Below the pieces are notes generated by a model. That model was not told the DNA's origin. It did not search any database and worked only from the letters and a program-made list of their open reading frames with translations. A stretch of DNA of 64,000 nt from positions 1,746 through 65,745 of the forward strand of contig JARYLT010000004.1 of NCBI GenBank assembly GCA_029907515.1, read 5' to 3'. The DNA comes from Spirochaetota bacterium. Its GTDB lineage: Bacteria; Spirochaetota; UBA4802; UB4802. A program made the translations under genes and the position numbers. Below are positions 33,804 to 44,082 of this stretch, one piece after another (the first letter of the stretch is position 1; each line of letters starts with the position of its first letter).

Positions 33804-34499
33804 GTGAAAAAGATCAGTTTACTTTTTGGCCTAATGTTTATTATTTACTGTGGTGCTTCAGTAAACCCTCAATTAAAGGCAAAGGTTGACAGGCAATTTG
33901 CTCAATCGGGACAAACAACGTATTCTGGCACACAAAAATTTATGAAACCAAAGCCATATGCAGTTGGGCAGTATGTTGTAATGGGACAAACTGATTCCGA
34001 TGGTAAAAAAAGTATCACACGCATGGCAATTGTGGGTAAACAACAGGGCGGATGGATATTTGAAAATTATACAGTGTCAGAAAATCAGGAAGGCATTATG
34101 CAGATGCTGATAGTTGGATTAGAAAAAGTTGCAACAACGGGCAATATTGATGATCTGGATATTATATGGGTGAAAATTAAGGATGAAAATGGCCAGGTTC
34201 AGACCATTGAAGGGCCAATGCTTTCAATGATGAAAGGATTGTATAAAAAAGGGCTGGCAAGCGTTAGCATGAAGATTAACATATATAAAGACGGTGGAGT
34301 AATACAGGTACCTGCAGGAATATTTAAAGGAACCAATGTTGTGGAAACTGAAACAACAATTATTGGCAAAAAAACTAAAACAACAGGGTGGTATCACTAT
34401 TCAGTTCCCATTAATGGTATTGTAAAAGTTGTTGATAATGATGGCAATACACTGGTATTATTACAGTTTGGATTTGATGCAAAGCCCATGATGAAATAA
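33804..34499 (+). CDS. Hypothetical lipoprotein
   Basis: GTG start after GGAGG. MKKISLLFGLMFIIYCG lipobox-like signal. 231 aa, no family recognised. Confidence 0.6.
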   Translation: MKKISLLFGLMFIIYCGASVNPQLKAKVDRQFAQSGQTTYSGTQKFMKPKPYAVGQYVVMGQTDSDGKKSITRMAIVGKQQGGWIFENYTVSENQEGIMQMLIVGLEKVATTGNIDDLDIIWVKIKDENGQVQTIEGPMLSMMKGLYKKGLASVSMKINIYKDGGVIQVPAGIFKGTNVVETETTIIGKKTKTTGWYHYSVPINGIVKVVDNDGNTLVLLQFGFDAKPMMK

Positions 34500-34624
34500 A
34501 CATCAAATAAAATTATTTAAGCTGCTATTGTTGCTTATGTGTTGCATTTTTTGGTTGTGGGGGAATTATCTATTATAGTTATGTGTTGTTTTGAAATAAA
34601 TATAGTTTTTATGGAGGAAGTTAC

Positions 34625-35431
34625 ATGAAATCATTACATGGTGTAAATATTTATATTACCGGTGGTTCAAGCGGTATTGGATTGGCTTTTGCCCGGTTAG
34701 CTTCTTCAAAGGGTGCAAACATTGCAATTATTGCACGCGATACAAAGAAATTGGAACAGGCAAAAAAAGAAATTTACTCTGCATGCAAAAGCAGCAGTCA
34801 AAAAGTTGAAGCGTATTCAATAGATGTGTGTGATGCAAAAAAGCTGTATAAAGCGGTTCCAAAAATGATACAACAATCGGGTAATCCGGATATTTTAGTG
34901 TGCGCGGCTGGTGTGGGTTTATCTAATTATTTTGAAAAGATAACAGATGATGATTTTAAAAAAATCATGGATATTAATATCTTTGGCATATGGTATACAC
35001 TAAAAGCATTTTATCGGTATCTTAAAAACAGAAACACACATTGCGTGCTATTATCTTCACTTGCCGGGCTTATTGGCGTGTATACCTATTCGGCGTATGG
35101 AACTTCAAAATTTGCAGTGTTTGGTATGGCAGATTGTCTTAGAAGCGAGTTCAAAGAACATGGGATTACACTTTCAGTGATTTGTCCACCTGAAGTGGAT
35201 ACACCCTTTTTGCAGGAGGAATTAAAAACAATTCCGGTAAAAGCAAAACGTATAAAAAAAATTACAGGGGTTCTTTCAGCGGATACTATCGCCCAATCAA
35301 TTATGAAAGCAATACTGAAAAAGAAATTCATGATTGTTCCCGGATTTATGAGTAAAACAACATGGTTGCTACACCGATTATTAAATGGGTATGGAACACG
35401 GTTGCTTACTGATATATTGATTAAACTATGA
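34625..35431 (+). CDS. Short-chain dehydrogenase/reductase (SDR) family oxidoreductase
   Basis: ITGGSSGIGLAFA (TGxxxGxG) and the YSAYGTSK catalytic YxxxK motif. 268 aa. Confidence 0.85.
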   Translation: MKSLHGVNIYITGGSSGIGLAFARLASSKGANIAIIARDTKKLEQAKKEIYSACKSSSQKVEAYSIDVCDAKKLYKAVPKMIQQSGNPDILVCAAGVGLSNYFEKITDDDFKKIMDINIFGIWYTLKAFYRYLKNRNTHCVLLSSLAGLIGVYTYSAYGTSKFAVFGMADCLRSEFKEHGITLSVICPPEVDTPFLQEELKTIPVKAKRIKKITGVLSADTIAQSIMKAILKKKFMIVPGFMSKTTWLLHRLLNGYGTRLLTDILIKL

Positions 35432-36252
35432 TAAAAATTGATAATCTGCTTATTGGTATAAGTTTTGTAAGCGTCCTTGTAGTGTCATTATATATAGGTG
35501 TATACTATAAAACTGAAACATATATAGAAAATGAAAAAGAAGTTTACAGGGCGATAGCTCATAAAAATATTACCCGGCTCCATAAAGTTCCAATACTTTT
35601 ATACCATAACATTAATGGCAAAGGCCCCTATTCTCTTCCTTTTGATAAGCTGAAGAACCAGTTTACACAATTACAGAACAATGGTATTAAGGTAATATCA
35701 TTGCAACAAATGGAATCGCATATTGATGAGCATAATCCATTTGGTGAAAAGGTTATATCAATAACCTTTGATGATGGATATTACTCCATGTATACCCTGT
35801 TAATGCCATTGGTCCGTTCTATGAACTATCCTGTAACCCTTTTTGTATATATAGATACCATTACGCAGGGTGGGTCAAAAAGTTTGACATGGAATATGTT
35901 ACATATAATGCAGAAAAATAACATCGACATACAATGCCATTCACATAGTCATGCTGATTTGGTAAAACTATATAATCAAGGAACACTTGAAAGCAGATAT
36001 GCATTATACAGGGAGATTTATCTTTCAAAAAAGATTCTGGAGTTATATTTATATAAAAACATTGATTATTTTGCATTCCCGTATGGCCGCTATTCAGTTG
36101 AATTAACCCAGTTGAGCAAAGATGCAGGGTATAAACGGGTGTTCTCTACTGATTATGGCCCCAATATAGTTACAAGAGATAATTTTTGTTTACGGAGGCA
36201 CCATGTTAAAAGCAATTATTCTGAAGAAAAAGTTTTATCATTAGCATGGTAA
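35428..36252 (+). CDS. Polysaccharide deacetylase (NodB-homology) family protein, membrane anchored
   Basis: N-terminal TM helix, ITFDDGYYS motif, HSHSHADL. ATGA overlaps the SDR gene stop. Confidence 0.8.
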   Translation: MIKIDNLLIGISFVSVLVVSLYIGVYYKTETYIENEKEVYRAIAHKNITRLHKVPILLYHNINGKGPYSLPFDKLKNQFTQLQNNGIKVISLQQMESHIDEHNPFGEKVISITFDDGYYSMYTLLMPLVRSMNYPVTLFVYIDTITQGGSKSLTWNMLHIMQKNNIDIQCHSHSHADLVKLYNQGTLESRYALYREIYLSKKILELYLYKNIDYFAFPYGRYSVELTQLSKDAGYKRVFSTDYGPNIVTRDNFCLRRHHVKSNYSEEKVLSLAW

Positions 36253-36401
36253 AAAAATTGTTGACAATTAGTTGGTAAAATTCAAGCTACAATAAGGTTA
36301 CTGTTTGCTTATAAATAATTTTCTATACATATAATCACTATAGTAAGCTAACTCCCAGAGTGGTTGTTGTAAAAAAATGATACGTACAGGATTGATCTGT
36401 T

Positions 36402-37124
36402 ATGGGTATAAAGAAAATAGTACTTGTTTTTTTTGTTATAGTTACCACAGTAACATTTGCCAATGAGCTCTATTTCATAGATAATGAACATATCCAGCGG
36501 TATAACGGGAAAAGCGGGTTATGGGTGGAAGTTAGCACCCTAAAACAGCTAAAGGCTTACGCTGAGCAGTTTGGTACAGGCATTGACGAGGTATATGTAA
36601 TAAATAGCATTAATGAAAAAAAGTTTAAAAAATCGTATGTTTTTATCCCTTATTCGGATGCTTATATTCAAATGTTGATGGAAAAAGGCATTACACTTCA
36701 GCTTGTAAATATTTCATACAATGAATTTATATGGCCAATTGGCGATCCTGAAAAAATTACTTCAGGCTTAGGCCGACGCTGGGGAAGATTTCATCCGGGA
36801 GTAGATATTCCAGCTCCTAAAGGTACACTTGTACGAGCAGCCATGGAAGGGAAAGTAATCTATGCAGGATATTGCGGGAATTATGGAAATTCTATAACGC
36901 TTGAACACAGGGATAATTATATCACCCGCTATGCACATAATTCGGTGTTACTGGTAAAAGTTGGTGATTATGTTCAGAAAGGTCAGGTCATTGCCCTTGT
37001 TGGAAGTACCGGCCGTTCCACTGGCAACCATTTACATTTTGAGATTCGTTGTGATGATATACCATTGAATCCCCTTGATTTACTGCCTGAAAAAAATCTC
37101 ATTATCATGAAAAACCCAAAATAA
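36402..37124 (+). CDS. M23 family (LytM-type) metallopeptidase
   Basis: HPGVDIPAP...GNSITLEH...GSTGRSTGNHLHFEIR (HxxxD and HxH motifs). Signal peptide. Confidence 0.9.
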   Translation: MGIKKIVLVFFVIVTTVTFANELYFIDNEHIQRYNGKSGLWVEVSTLKQLKAYAEQFGTGIDEVYVINSINEKKFKKSYVFIPYSDAYIQMLMEKGITLQLVNISYNEFIWPIGDPEKITSGLGRRWGRFHPGVDIPAPKGTLVRAAMEGKVIYAGYCGNYGNSITLEHRDNYITRYAHNSVLLVKVGDYVQKGQVIALVGSTGRSTGNHLHFEIRCDDIPLNPLDLLPEKNLIIMKNPK

Positions 37125-37141
37125 TGTGATACATTTTTCAT

Positions 37142-38026
37142 ATGGCTTACCGCATTGACCTGCATATCCATTCTCACTATAGCGAGGATGGTGATTATTC
37201 TGTAGATTATCTTTTTGAACTTGCTGCAAAGAAAGGTTTATCCGCAATAAGTATTACCGATCATGATTCAATAGAATCAATTCCGGATGCGCTGAAAGCT
37301 TCAAATATATATGGAGTAGAATACATCCCAGGTGTTGAGTTAACCACAATATATGACGATGGCTCACAGCAACATATTCTGGGTTATTATATACATGATA
37401 ATCCACAATTGAACGCAACATTAAAACAAATAGGGCTATTCAGATGGGAGATAGCAAAAAAAAGAATTAAAAAGTTGCAAGAAATTGGTTTTTCCATGAA
37501 TGAAGATAATGTGTGGCAAAAAGCAAATAACCGTCCCCCTACTGCTACAGCTATTATGCTGGAAGTGTTTGAAAATCCTGAAAACAGAAATGATAAGCGT
37601 TTACAGGAATATTTTGAAGGAAAAAAATCTGATAATAGACTAATGTTTTTCTACAGAGAATACCTTTCTGAAAATATGACTGCCTATGTACCATTTAAAT
37701 CTATCCCAACAAAAGAGGGTATTGATGTTATTACCTCATCAGGAGGTATACCCGTACTGGCTCATCCAAAGTTTGTAAATGGGGAAGAACATTTACGTAA
37801 CATTGTTTCGATGGGGATAATGGGTATAGAGGCTATCTCTTCATATCACACTAAACAGGAAATTGCATTTTTTCAGGAATTTGCTGCAACACATAACCTT
37901 ATTGTCACTGCTGGATCTGATTTCCATGGCCCAACATCCAAACCAAAGGTTTCCCTGGGTGGCATAGAGGGCAATGATTATCGTTTACTGGAAGAATTAA
38001 AAAAATTGCATGATACATATAATTAA
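37142..38026 (+). CDS. PHP-domain metal-dependent phosphoesterase
   Basis: IDLHIHSHYSEDG ... ITDHDS ... LAHP ... GSDFHG motifs. 294 aa. Confidence 0.85.
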   Translation: MAYRIDLHIHSHYSEDGDYSVDYLFELAAKKGLSAISITDHDSIESIPDALKASNIYGVEYIPGVELTTIYDDGSQQHILGYYIHDNPQLNATLKQIGLFRWEIAKKRIKKLQEIGFSMNEDNVWQKANNRPPTATAIMLEVFENPENRNDKRLQEYFEGKKSDNRLMFFYREYLSENMTAYVPFKSIPTKEGIDVITSSGGIPVLAHPKFVNGEEHLRNIVSMGIMGIEAISSYHTKQEIAFFQEFAATHNLIVTAGSDFHGPTSKPKVSLGGIEGNDYRLLEELKKLHDTYN

Positions 38027-38045
38027 ATATATAGGGGCGGGTAAC

Positions 38046-38078
38046 ATATAGGGGCGAGTTTTAAAACCGCCCCTATAT
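38046..38078. terminator. Hairpin terminator between convergent genes
   Basis: ATATAGGGGCG (38046-38056) pairs with CGCCCCTATAT (38068-38078) and is followed by T-rich ATTTGTTTATTTTG. An extra direct copy of ATATAGGGGCG lies at 38030. Confidence 0.65.
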
Positions 38079-38084
38079 ATTTGT

Positions 38085-38975
38085 TTATTTTGTTGTTTGT
38101 GGTACATCTAATTTGAATTCATTTATAATATCGCTATCTTTGGGAAAATTTTGTAAAATTTCTTTTTCCTCTTCCGGTGTACCATAATATGCCCAGTTAC
38201 ATAGCTGTCCAATTAAGCCCTTAATTTCTTCATCCTGATTGTTATATATAAAAATTAAATTGGCACCTGATTTATATCCCCAGTTAAAGCCATCAGCACT
38301 GTTGACCATGAAGGTTTCGGTAATGCCATCGCCATCACTATCCTCAGCATAATATAGCTTTTCATCAATAGTCTTGCCACTTACGGTTATTTTATATTTT
38401 GTTGGTGTTTCAGGTGCATTGAGGTAGGCTGGTATAGGAAGTGGAGTGCGGGTAACAATAAGCCCTGATTCCTTGCGATCAACCATAAGTTTTTTAAACA
38501 CTTCCACATGTTTCTTAATAAATGCATTGCGGACATTTAAAAAGAATGTACCAAAATTTTTGGATACAAAATCTTCGCTGAAATTTTTCAAAAGCTCAAC
38601 TTTACGGTCAGTAATGCGTACGTAATCAGGTTTATTATTGATCTTATTTTCCCATAAGTCTCCAACCAGCTTAGTTTCCATTTCAAGACGAAGACGGTTA
38701 GTGGCAACAATCTCGGGGTTATCATAGCCGTCCTGTATGAGGTATATTTTCTTTTCCTTTATAATTAATAGTGCTGAAAAAGAATTGTCCATATATGGGG
38801 TTATTTGTTTCTGGACGTGTTGATACGCAATCCTGTCTTCATTGTAGCGTGAAAGATCTTCTATGATGATGGGTTTGAAGTTAAAATCAATTGCAATAAC
38901 CGAGGTGGTGCATATTAGTATAAACATCAATGCAAAAAAATTCCTTTTTGTAACAATAAACATAAAAGCCTCCAT
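38085..38975 (-). CDS. Hypothetical exported or membrane-anchored protein
   Basis: 296 aa with an N-terminal hydrophobic segment and a DSDGDGITE calcium-binding-like motif. No family recognised. Confidence 0.55.
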   Translation of the reverse strand: MEAFMFIVTKRNFFALMFILICTTSVIAIDFNFKPIIIEDLSRYNEDRIAYQHVQKQITPYMDNSFSALLIIKEKKIYLIQDGYDNPEIVATNRLRLEMETKLVGDLWENKINNKPDYVRITDRKVELLKNFSEDFVSKNFGTFFLNVRNAFIKKHVEVFKKLMVDRKESGLIVTRTPLPIPAYLNAPETPTKYKITVSGKTIDEKLYYAEDSDGDGITETFMVNSADGFNWGYKSGANLIFIYNNQDEEIKGLIGQLCNWAYYGTPEEEKEILQNFPKDSDIINEFKLDVPQTTK

Positions 38976-39036
38976 CCCTGTAAATGATAAATGTACTACA
39001 TTATTGTAAAAACTGAATTATGATGCAACATATCAG

Positions 39037-39060
39037 AATCAAAATCAAAATCAAAATCAA
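39037..39060. repeat. Hexanucleotide microsatellite (AATCAA)x4
   Basis: Four perfect tandem AATCAA units, plus a partial preceding ATCAGA, in the divergent promoter region between 38975(-) and 39242(+). Confidence 0.9.
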
Positions 39061-39241
39061 TGAATAAAATAATCTATTGAAATGTTTTTGTCAAATATTT
39101 TATATAATTAAAAAAATAGTTGTTATTTAATGCAGTCATGGTTTTCCTTTCTTATGGTTATGCGAACATATTGGCAATGTATGATTGATGATAGGCTGCC
39201 GGATTATTATTCAGTAAGAATAGCACATTATTATAACTATT

Positions 39242-40135
39242 ATGAGACATAACAATTGTTACTATTGTGGGCAAAACGGCTTTATATTCAGATCCTATCG
39301 TTTTGAAGATTTAGCGATAGTAGCTGATATAAAAATAGAAAAAAAACATGAGGGGTGGCCTGGTATACCTCATGGCGGACTAGCAATGACCACATTTATT
39401 GAACTGATTGATATTGCAAAAGAATTCCCTGCGATATTTCCTTATGAATACAGATTCCGTTTTGCTGGTGAACAATTGAAATGTGGTGATATGGTACGGT
39501 GTATTGTCCAGAAAGGTGATGCACGTTATTTTTTTGGATCATTTGGAAAATCATTGCAGCAGCCATATTGTAATTGTCGTTACAGCGAAGGGCATGTTCA
39601 TGAGTATGGTAATGAAGTAATTACAATACTGAAAAATAATATGGATGCTTCCACTCCATTTATAATTCCCAATATGTCCACTAAGTTAACTAATACTGTA
39701 ATTTCAGATCATGATCAAAGAATATTTTATATAACTGACTATACCACAGATAGAACATATCTGATTTTGCACTTACATGGTAAAAATAATTTTGCACAGG
39801 CTCCAGATGGCTCTATTCACAACGGTGTGCTCAGTTCACTGTTAGATGAAACAATGGGGTGGTCTACGTTTCTTTCAGTATGGCAGGCAGGTGTTACTGT
39901 TGAATTGCAGATAACCTTTTATGAAAGAGTGTATAATGCTGATAATTTCCATATAATTGGATTCTGTGATGATATACGCGGTGAATATGGTAAAAAGATT
40001 ACTACTGCGTATGGTTGCGTGGTAGCACAACGTGGTGAAGAATTGGCTATCATTGCCCTGGCATACGGACGATGGCTGACATTGCCAGGTTTTAAAGAGC
40101 TTATGGTACAGTATTTAAAACATTATATTGAATAA
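39242..40135 (+). CDS. Tandem hotdog-fold (PaaI-like) thioesterase-family protein
   Basis: N-terminal CYYCG..NGF and GIPHGGLAMT in the first half, SIHNGVLSSLLDETMG in the second half. These are two PaaI-like signatures. Confidence 0.5.
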   Translation: MRHNNCYYCGQNGFIFRSYRFEDLAIVADIKIEKKHEGWPGIPHGGLAMTTFIELIDIAKEFPAIFPYEYRFRFAGEQLKCGDMVRCIVQKGDARYFFGSFGKSLQQPYCNCRYSEGHVHEYGNEVITILKNNMDASTPFIIPNMSTKLTNTVISDHDQRIFYITDYTTDRTYLILHLHGKNNFAQAPDGSIHNGVLSSLLDETMGWSTFLSVWQAGVTVELQITFYERVYNADNFHIIGFCDDIRGEYGKKITTAYGCVVAQRGEELAIIALAYGRWLTLPGFKELMVQYLKHYIE

Positions 40136-40186
40136 AATAATTTAATACAATATAGCTGCCCAATGTTACTGAAAGAAGAGGGTAAA

Positions 40187-41398
40187 TTATTTTTCTCTTA
40201 TTCTTTTTCTTTCCTTCTTCCATTTTGCTTTGTCTAATTTTGTCCAGCTTTCAACAACATGGTAAGTCATTGATGTGTATGTATCCTTATCTTTGTTTTT
40301 TCCTGTTTGTTTGGATTTGATATGTTTTAATTTGCTTTCACGCTCTTCTAACTCTTTTTGTGTTAATTTTTCTTCATTTTGAAAAAATTCTGTGAGATAG
40401 TTTATAGAAATGGAATGACTCTGTAATAAAGCTAACAACTGCAAAATTCTTTTTTTATTTACTACCGTGTCTATTAGGTTTTTAGGTATTACATCATATC
40501 CATACAGTGCTGTTGCAATTAAAGCTACCAGTGGTGTAAGCAACGATATCTTGCCGCCTTTATGGATGGCAGAATAGAGTAAAGAGTCTTTTTGACCAGT
40601 ATGAACACAGTACAGAGCTAATGGCAATAATGTAAAAGGGTGATTAACGGTAAGCCGGGTATATTCGTTTTTTGACCACCTGTTTGCAAAGGGGATACAA
40701 TATCTGGTGTAGTGTGTTTCATCACTTTCAAGTGGCAAGTTGATGATTAAATCATGAAGATCTTTTGTAGCTTCAATGATATTCTGTGGATTGCCACCGT
40801 TGTTAAAAAAAAGCGCTGAGTGTTCCTGAACAAATTGATACGCATCTTCTGCAGTTTGTTTTAATACAACACTATCCAATGCTATGAGCTGTCGCATTAT
40901 TATTGTTTCAAGCAATATAAACACAAATACTGATGCTGCACATGTAGCTGCATTCTTGTTATGGCTGAGAATAAATTGTATGGTAGAGATAGGGTTTTGT
41001 TTATGTAAAAAGAATAGAGCAGGAATACAGATAAGCAATTCGGCAGTGGGGGCATCATACGGTGATTGCAGGTGTTGTAAAAATCCCTGGGGATGACGAA
41101 ATATACGGGAACTATCGCCTAAAGAAGAAATAAAGTTACAGATGTGCTGGTGCACATAGGTATCTTGTTGAGCATTGAGTGCTGAAAGAAGAATACAATA
41201 CTGTGAAAGGGCTGTGTAGAGTGCTGGCTTTTTCCACAGATAGAGCTTATTTTTAAGTGCAGGCGCTGGGTCAGTATAATCGTGTATTGTGCCAAAAACA
41301 TTGTGTATATGCTCAGCACTCAAGGTATCAAGGGGGCTTGCAAGAGCATCAGCTATAATAATGCCGTGAAGGATTTGGGTATATCTTTCCTGTATCAT
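40187..41398 (-). CDS. Hypothetical protein, weakly ADP-ribosylglycohydrolase-like, with a Lys-rich tail
   Basis: The probable start MIQERYTQILHGIIIADALASPLD resembles a degenerate ARH N-terminal motif (GDALG). The C-terminal region is KE-rich. The track starts 21 codons earlier, at a non-ATG codon. Confidence 0.35.
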   Translation of the reverse strand: MIQERYTQILHGIIIADALASPLDTLSAEHIHNVFGTIHDYTDPAPALKNKLYLWKKPALYTALSQYCILLSALNAQQDTYVHQHICNFISSLGDSSRIFRHPQGFLQHLQSPYDAPTAELLICIPALFFLHKQNPISTIQFILSHNKNAATCAASVFVFILLETIIMRQLIALDSVVLKQTAEDAYQFVQEHSALFFNNGGNPQNIIEATKDLHDLIINLPLESDETHYTRYCIPFANRWSKNEYTRLTVNHPFTLLPLALYCVHTGQKDSLLYSAIHKGGKISLLTPLVALIATALYGYDVIPKNLIDTVVNKKRILQLLALLQSHSISINYLTEFFQNEEKLTQKELEERESKLKHIKSKQTGKNKDKDTYTSMTYHVVESWTKLDKAKWKKERKRIREK

Positions 41399-41606
41399 AA
41401 ATAATAAACAGTAGTGTAATAACCTATGAGTCAAGACTTTATTAAAAATTTTAACTTGCAAGGATGAGATGTTATTTAAATCGTAAATAGTATTTTAATT
41501 GTAATATTAAAATAATTAATATTATTGACAAATAATATATATATAATTTTAGTGTTACTAATAAAATAATTTTCACGATATTTTCTATTTTTTCATAGGA
41601 GGATTT

Positions 41607-43853
41607 ATGCGATGTAAGCCCTTTATCTATTCTTTAGTGTTTATTGCTATGTTGAGTACGCTCGTTTATTCACAAACACAGGAAAATGCAAAAAGTGATG
41701 AAGAAATTGTGCTGCAAGATGTAGTGGTGAGCGAAAAAGGAATACTTGCTCCAACAAAGCAATTGACGGATTATGTGTATACTGGAACACAGGTAACCAG
41801 AAAAGGGTTAGAGGTAAGTGGACAAAAAGGGCAATCCAACGTGTATGAATCAGTTAGCATTATTCCAGGCATTATATTTGAAGGATTGGATCCTAATAAT
41901 ATGGCTACCGAACAGGCAAATGTGCGGATACGTGGTGTACGGGGTTATTTGGGGGCAATGACGGTAAACGGCATCCCAAATTATGGTGGTAATCCTATGG
42001 GACCACGTGCATATATTTATGATATGGAAAATTTTGATAGTGTGGCAGTATATAAAGGAGCTGTACCGGCTGACCTGGGAGTTGGGGTTGGTAACCGGGG
42101 TGGCGCATTGGAACTGCGCCCACTGTGGGCTAAGGAACAATTTGGCATTACAGTGACGCCATCATACGGAAGCTATGATTACAAAAAGCTATATGCCAGG
42201 ATTGATACCGGTACACTGCCGTTGACAGAAGGACGCCTGTCAGCATCATACTCATATTCGCAGGAAGATAAATGGAAAGGGCCAGGGGATTTAGGGCCAC
42301 GTAATAACGCTAACGTGACATTTGTACAACCGTTAGGGAATTATATTACTGTTTCAGTGTGGGGTAATTTCAATGATATCCATCAGTATAAATATCGTTC
42401 GCTGACGTACACACAAATTCAAAATCTTGATGATAATTATAAACTTGATTTTAATGAAAACCTTACCGGTACTCCTGCAAATGATAAATACTACTATAAA
42501 TTTAATGAGGAAGAACATCGCAATATCGATGCATTTACGGCAATTGATATTAAAGTAAAACCTATAACTGTAACACTAAAGCCTTACATTAGCGATGAAG
42601 ATGCAACCATACGTGATGGTGCAAAAATATCTACTTATGATGGTGTTCAAAAGAGAACGCGTGATATTCAAAGAAAAGGTATAATTGGGGAGATAGTTAC
42701 TGATTTAAGTAGTGCCACTGTAGCGGCAGGGTATCATTTTGAACAGAGTGATATGAATATATATACGCAAAACTATCAAATACAAAGCGATGGATCGTTG
42801 GTATATAAAGGATATGGGATCCTGGCAACATCAGGTGATACATATGTTAATAGCCCTTATGCCAAAATTGCCGGTAATTTTGGCCGATTTAAATGCCAGG
42901 CAGGCCTTAAATATTTCAGGTTTAAAGATTCAGATTCAGAAGGATATACAACAACAGGAACCCCACCACAGCTGGTTCGTGCTCCTGACCTGGATAGGAC
43001 AGGGAGGGTATATGATATATGGCTTCCATCTGCTGGGGTGTCATATACATTTACAAAGGAATTTGAAATATATGGTAGCTATGGACGTAATTTCATACGA
43101 CCTTATGCATATATGCCACTGGTAAGTTTATATAATCGGCTACGAAGTCAATTCCAGGCTGCAGGCATCACATTAAATGATTTATTTAAAGGATATGATA
43201 TAGAGCAGTCGGATAATATAGATGTTGGTATACGGTACAAAAATGATATAGTAGAACTGACTCCTACTGTGTTTGTGTCACGGCATAAGAATTTATTAAC
43301 AAATATCACTGATAACAGGGTTACTGATCCAAGCACTTCCAAACCAATAAGCTATCAACAAAATGTGGGTAAAGCAAACGGGTATGGTGCAGAAGTAGGT
43401 ATTAATGTGTTTATAAAAGATTATATAACAGTATTTGTTAATCCCACATATAACAGACTCGTTTATGATGGAGATATAGTATATCAGGGAACGGATTATA
43501 ACAATGATGGCAAGCAGATTGTTGATGTTCCTGTGTGGAGCGTTACGGGTGGTATTATAGGCACATATAAAGGTTTTGAGATTATTCCAGTATTCTGCTA
43601 TGTTGGCAAACGTTGGGGTGATGTGGCGCACAATGAAAAGGTTGATGCATATTATGTAACTAATCTGAAACTGAGCTATACGCGTGAAGATGTTCCAGCT
43701 ACTAAAAGCATAACAGTAACATTAGAACTTGACAATATATTCAATAAAAAATATGTATCTATTATCAATGCTATGGATGATGCAGTATCAGGTACTTCCT
43801 ATTATGTTGGTGCACCATTTAGCATTAAAGGTTCGGTATCCTGTACATTTTAA
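41607..43853 (+). CDS. TonB-dependent outer-membrane receptor
   Basis: 748 aa with a signal peptide, a plug-domain region (VVVSEKG..., NVRIRGVRG), a long beta-barrel and a C-terminal aromatic residue (…SCTF). AGGAGG RBS. Confidence 0.88.
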   Translation: MRCKPFIYSLVFIAMLSTLVYSQTQENAKSDEEIVLQDVVVSEKGILAPTKQLTDYVYTGTQVTRKGLEVSGQKGQSNVYESVSIIPGIIFEGLDPNNMATEQANVRIRGVRGYLGAMTVNGIPNYGGNPMGPRAYIYDMENFDSVAVYKGAVPADLGVGVGNRGGALELRPLWAKEQFGITVTPSYGSYDYKKLYARIDTGTLPLTEGRLSASYSYSQEDKWKGPGDLGPRNNANVTFVQPLGNYITVSVWGNFNDIHQYKYRSLTYTQIQNLDDNYKLDFNENLTGTPANDKYYYKFNEEEHRNIDAFTAIDIKVKPITVTLKPYISDEDATIRDGAKISTYDGVQKRTRDIQRKGIIGEIVTDLSSATVAAGYHFEQSDMNIYTQNYQIQSDGSLVYKGYGILATSGDTYVNSPYAKIAGNFGRFKCQAGLKYFRFKDSDSEGYTTTGTPPQLVRAPDLDRTGRVYDIWLPSAGVSYTFTKEFEIYGSYGRNFIRPYAYMPLVSLYNRLRSQFQAAGITLNDLFKGYDIEQSDNIDVGIRYKNDIVELTPTVFVSRHKNLLTNITDNRVTDPSTSKPISYQQNVGKANGYGAEVGINVFIKDYITVFVNPTYNRLVYDGDIVYQGTDYNNDGKQIVDVPVWSVTGGIIGTYKGFEIIPVFCYVGKRWGDVAHNEKVDAYYVTNLKLSYTREDVPATKSITVTLELDNIFNKKYVSIINAMDDAVSGTSYYVGAPFSIKGSVSCTF

Positions 43854-43940
43854 CAAATGGAGTATGATTGTTTTTAATAATGGCGCATGATGATTTTTGC
43901 TGTTATTAAATTACAATGGAAAATATTTTAACACCAGACT

Positions 43941-43979
43941 ATGTCCCTCTGTTTTCATGATAAGTGGGACATCCTTTTT
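43941..43979 (+). terminator. Weak terminator-like hairpin after the receptor gene
   Basis: ATGTCCC / GGGACAT 7-bp stem with a long loop, followed by CCTTTTT. Confidence 0.3.
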
Positions 43980-44082
43980 AATATGATAAACTAAAAAGAG
44001 TTGCTCATATAATGAGCCCAGGGAATTGAATCAAAATAATTCATCCCCTTGTTATAATGAGATTATAGGAGTGAGGTGTAAC

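Noticed and set aside
41462-41606. Cobalamin or other riboswitch upstream of the TonB-dependent receptor, and a preQ1 riboswitch upstream of queE (51165-51280)
   Set aside because: Both leaders are very AT-rich and short, with no B12-box-like or preQ1 (AGAGGUUC...CUA) core sequences on the relevant strand.
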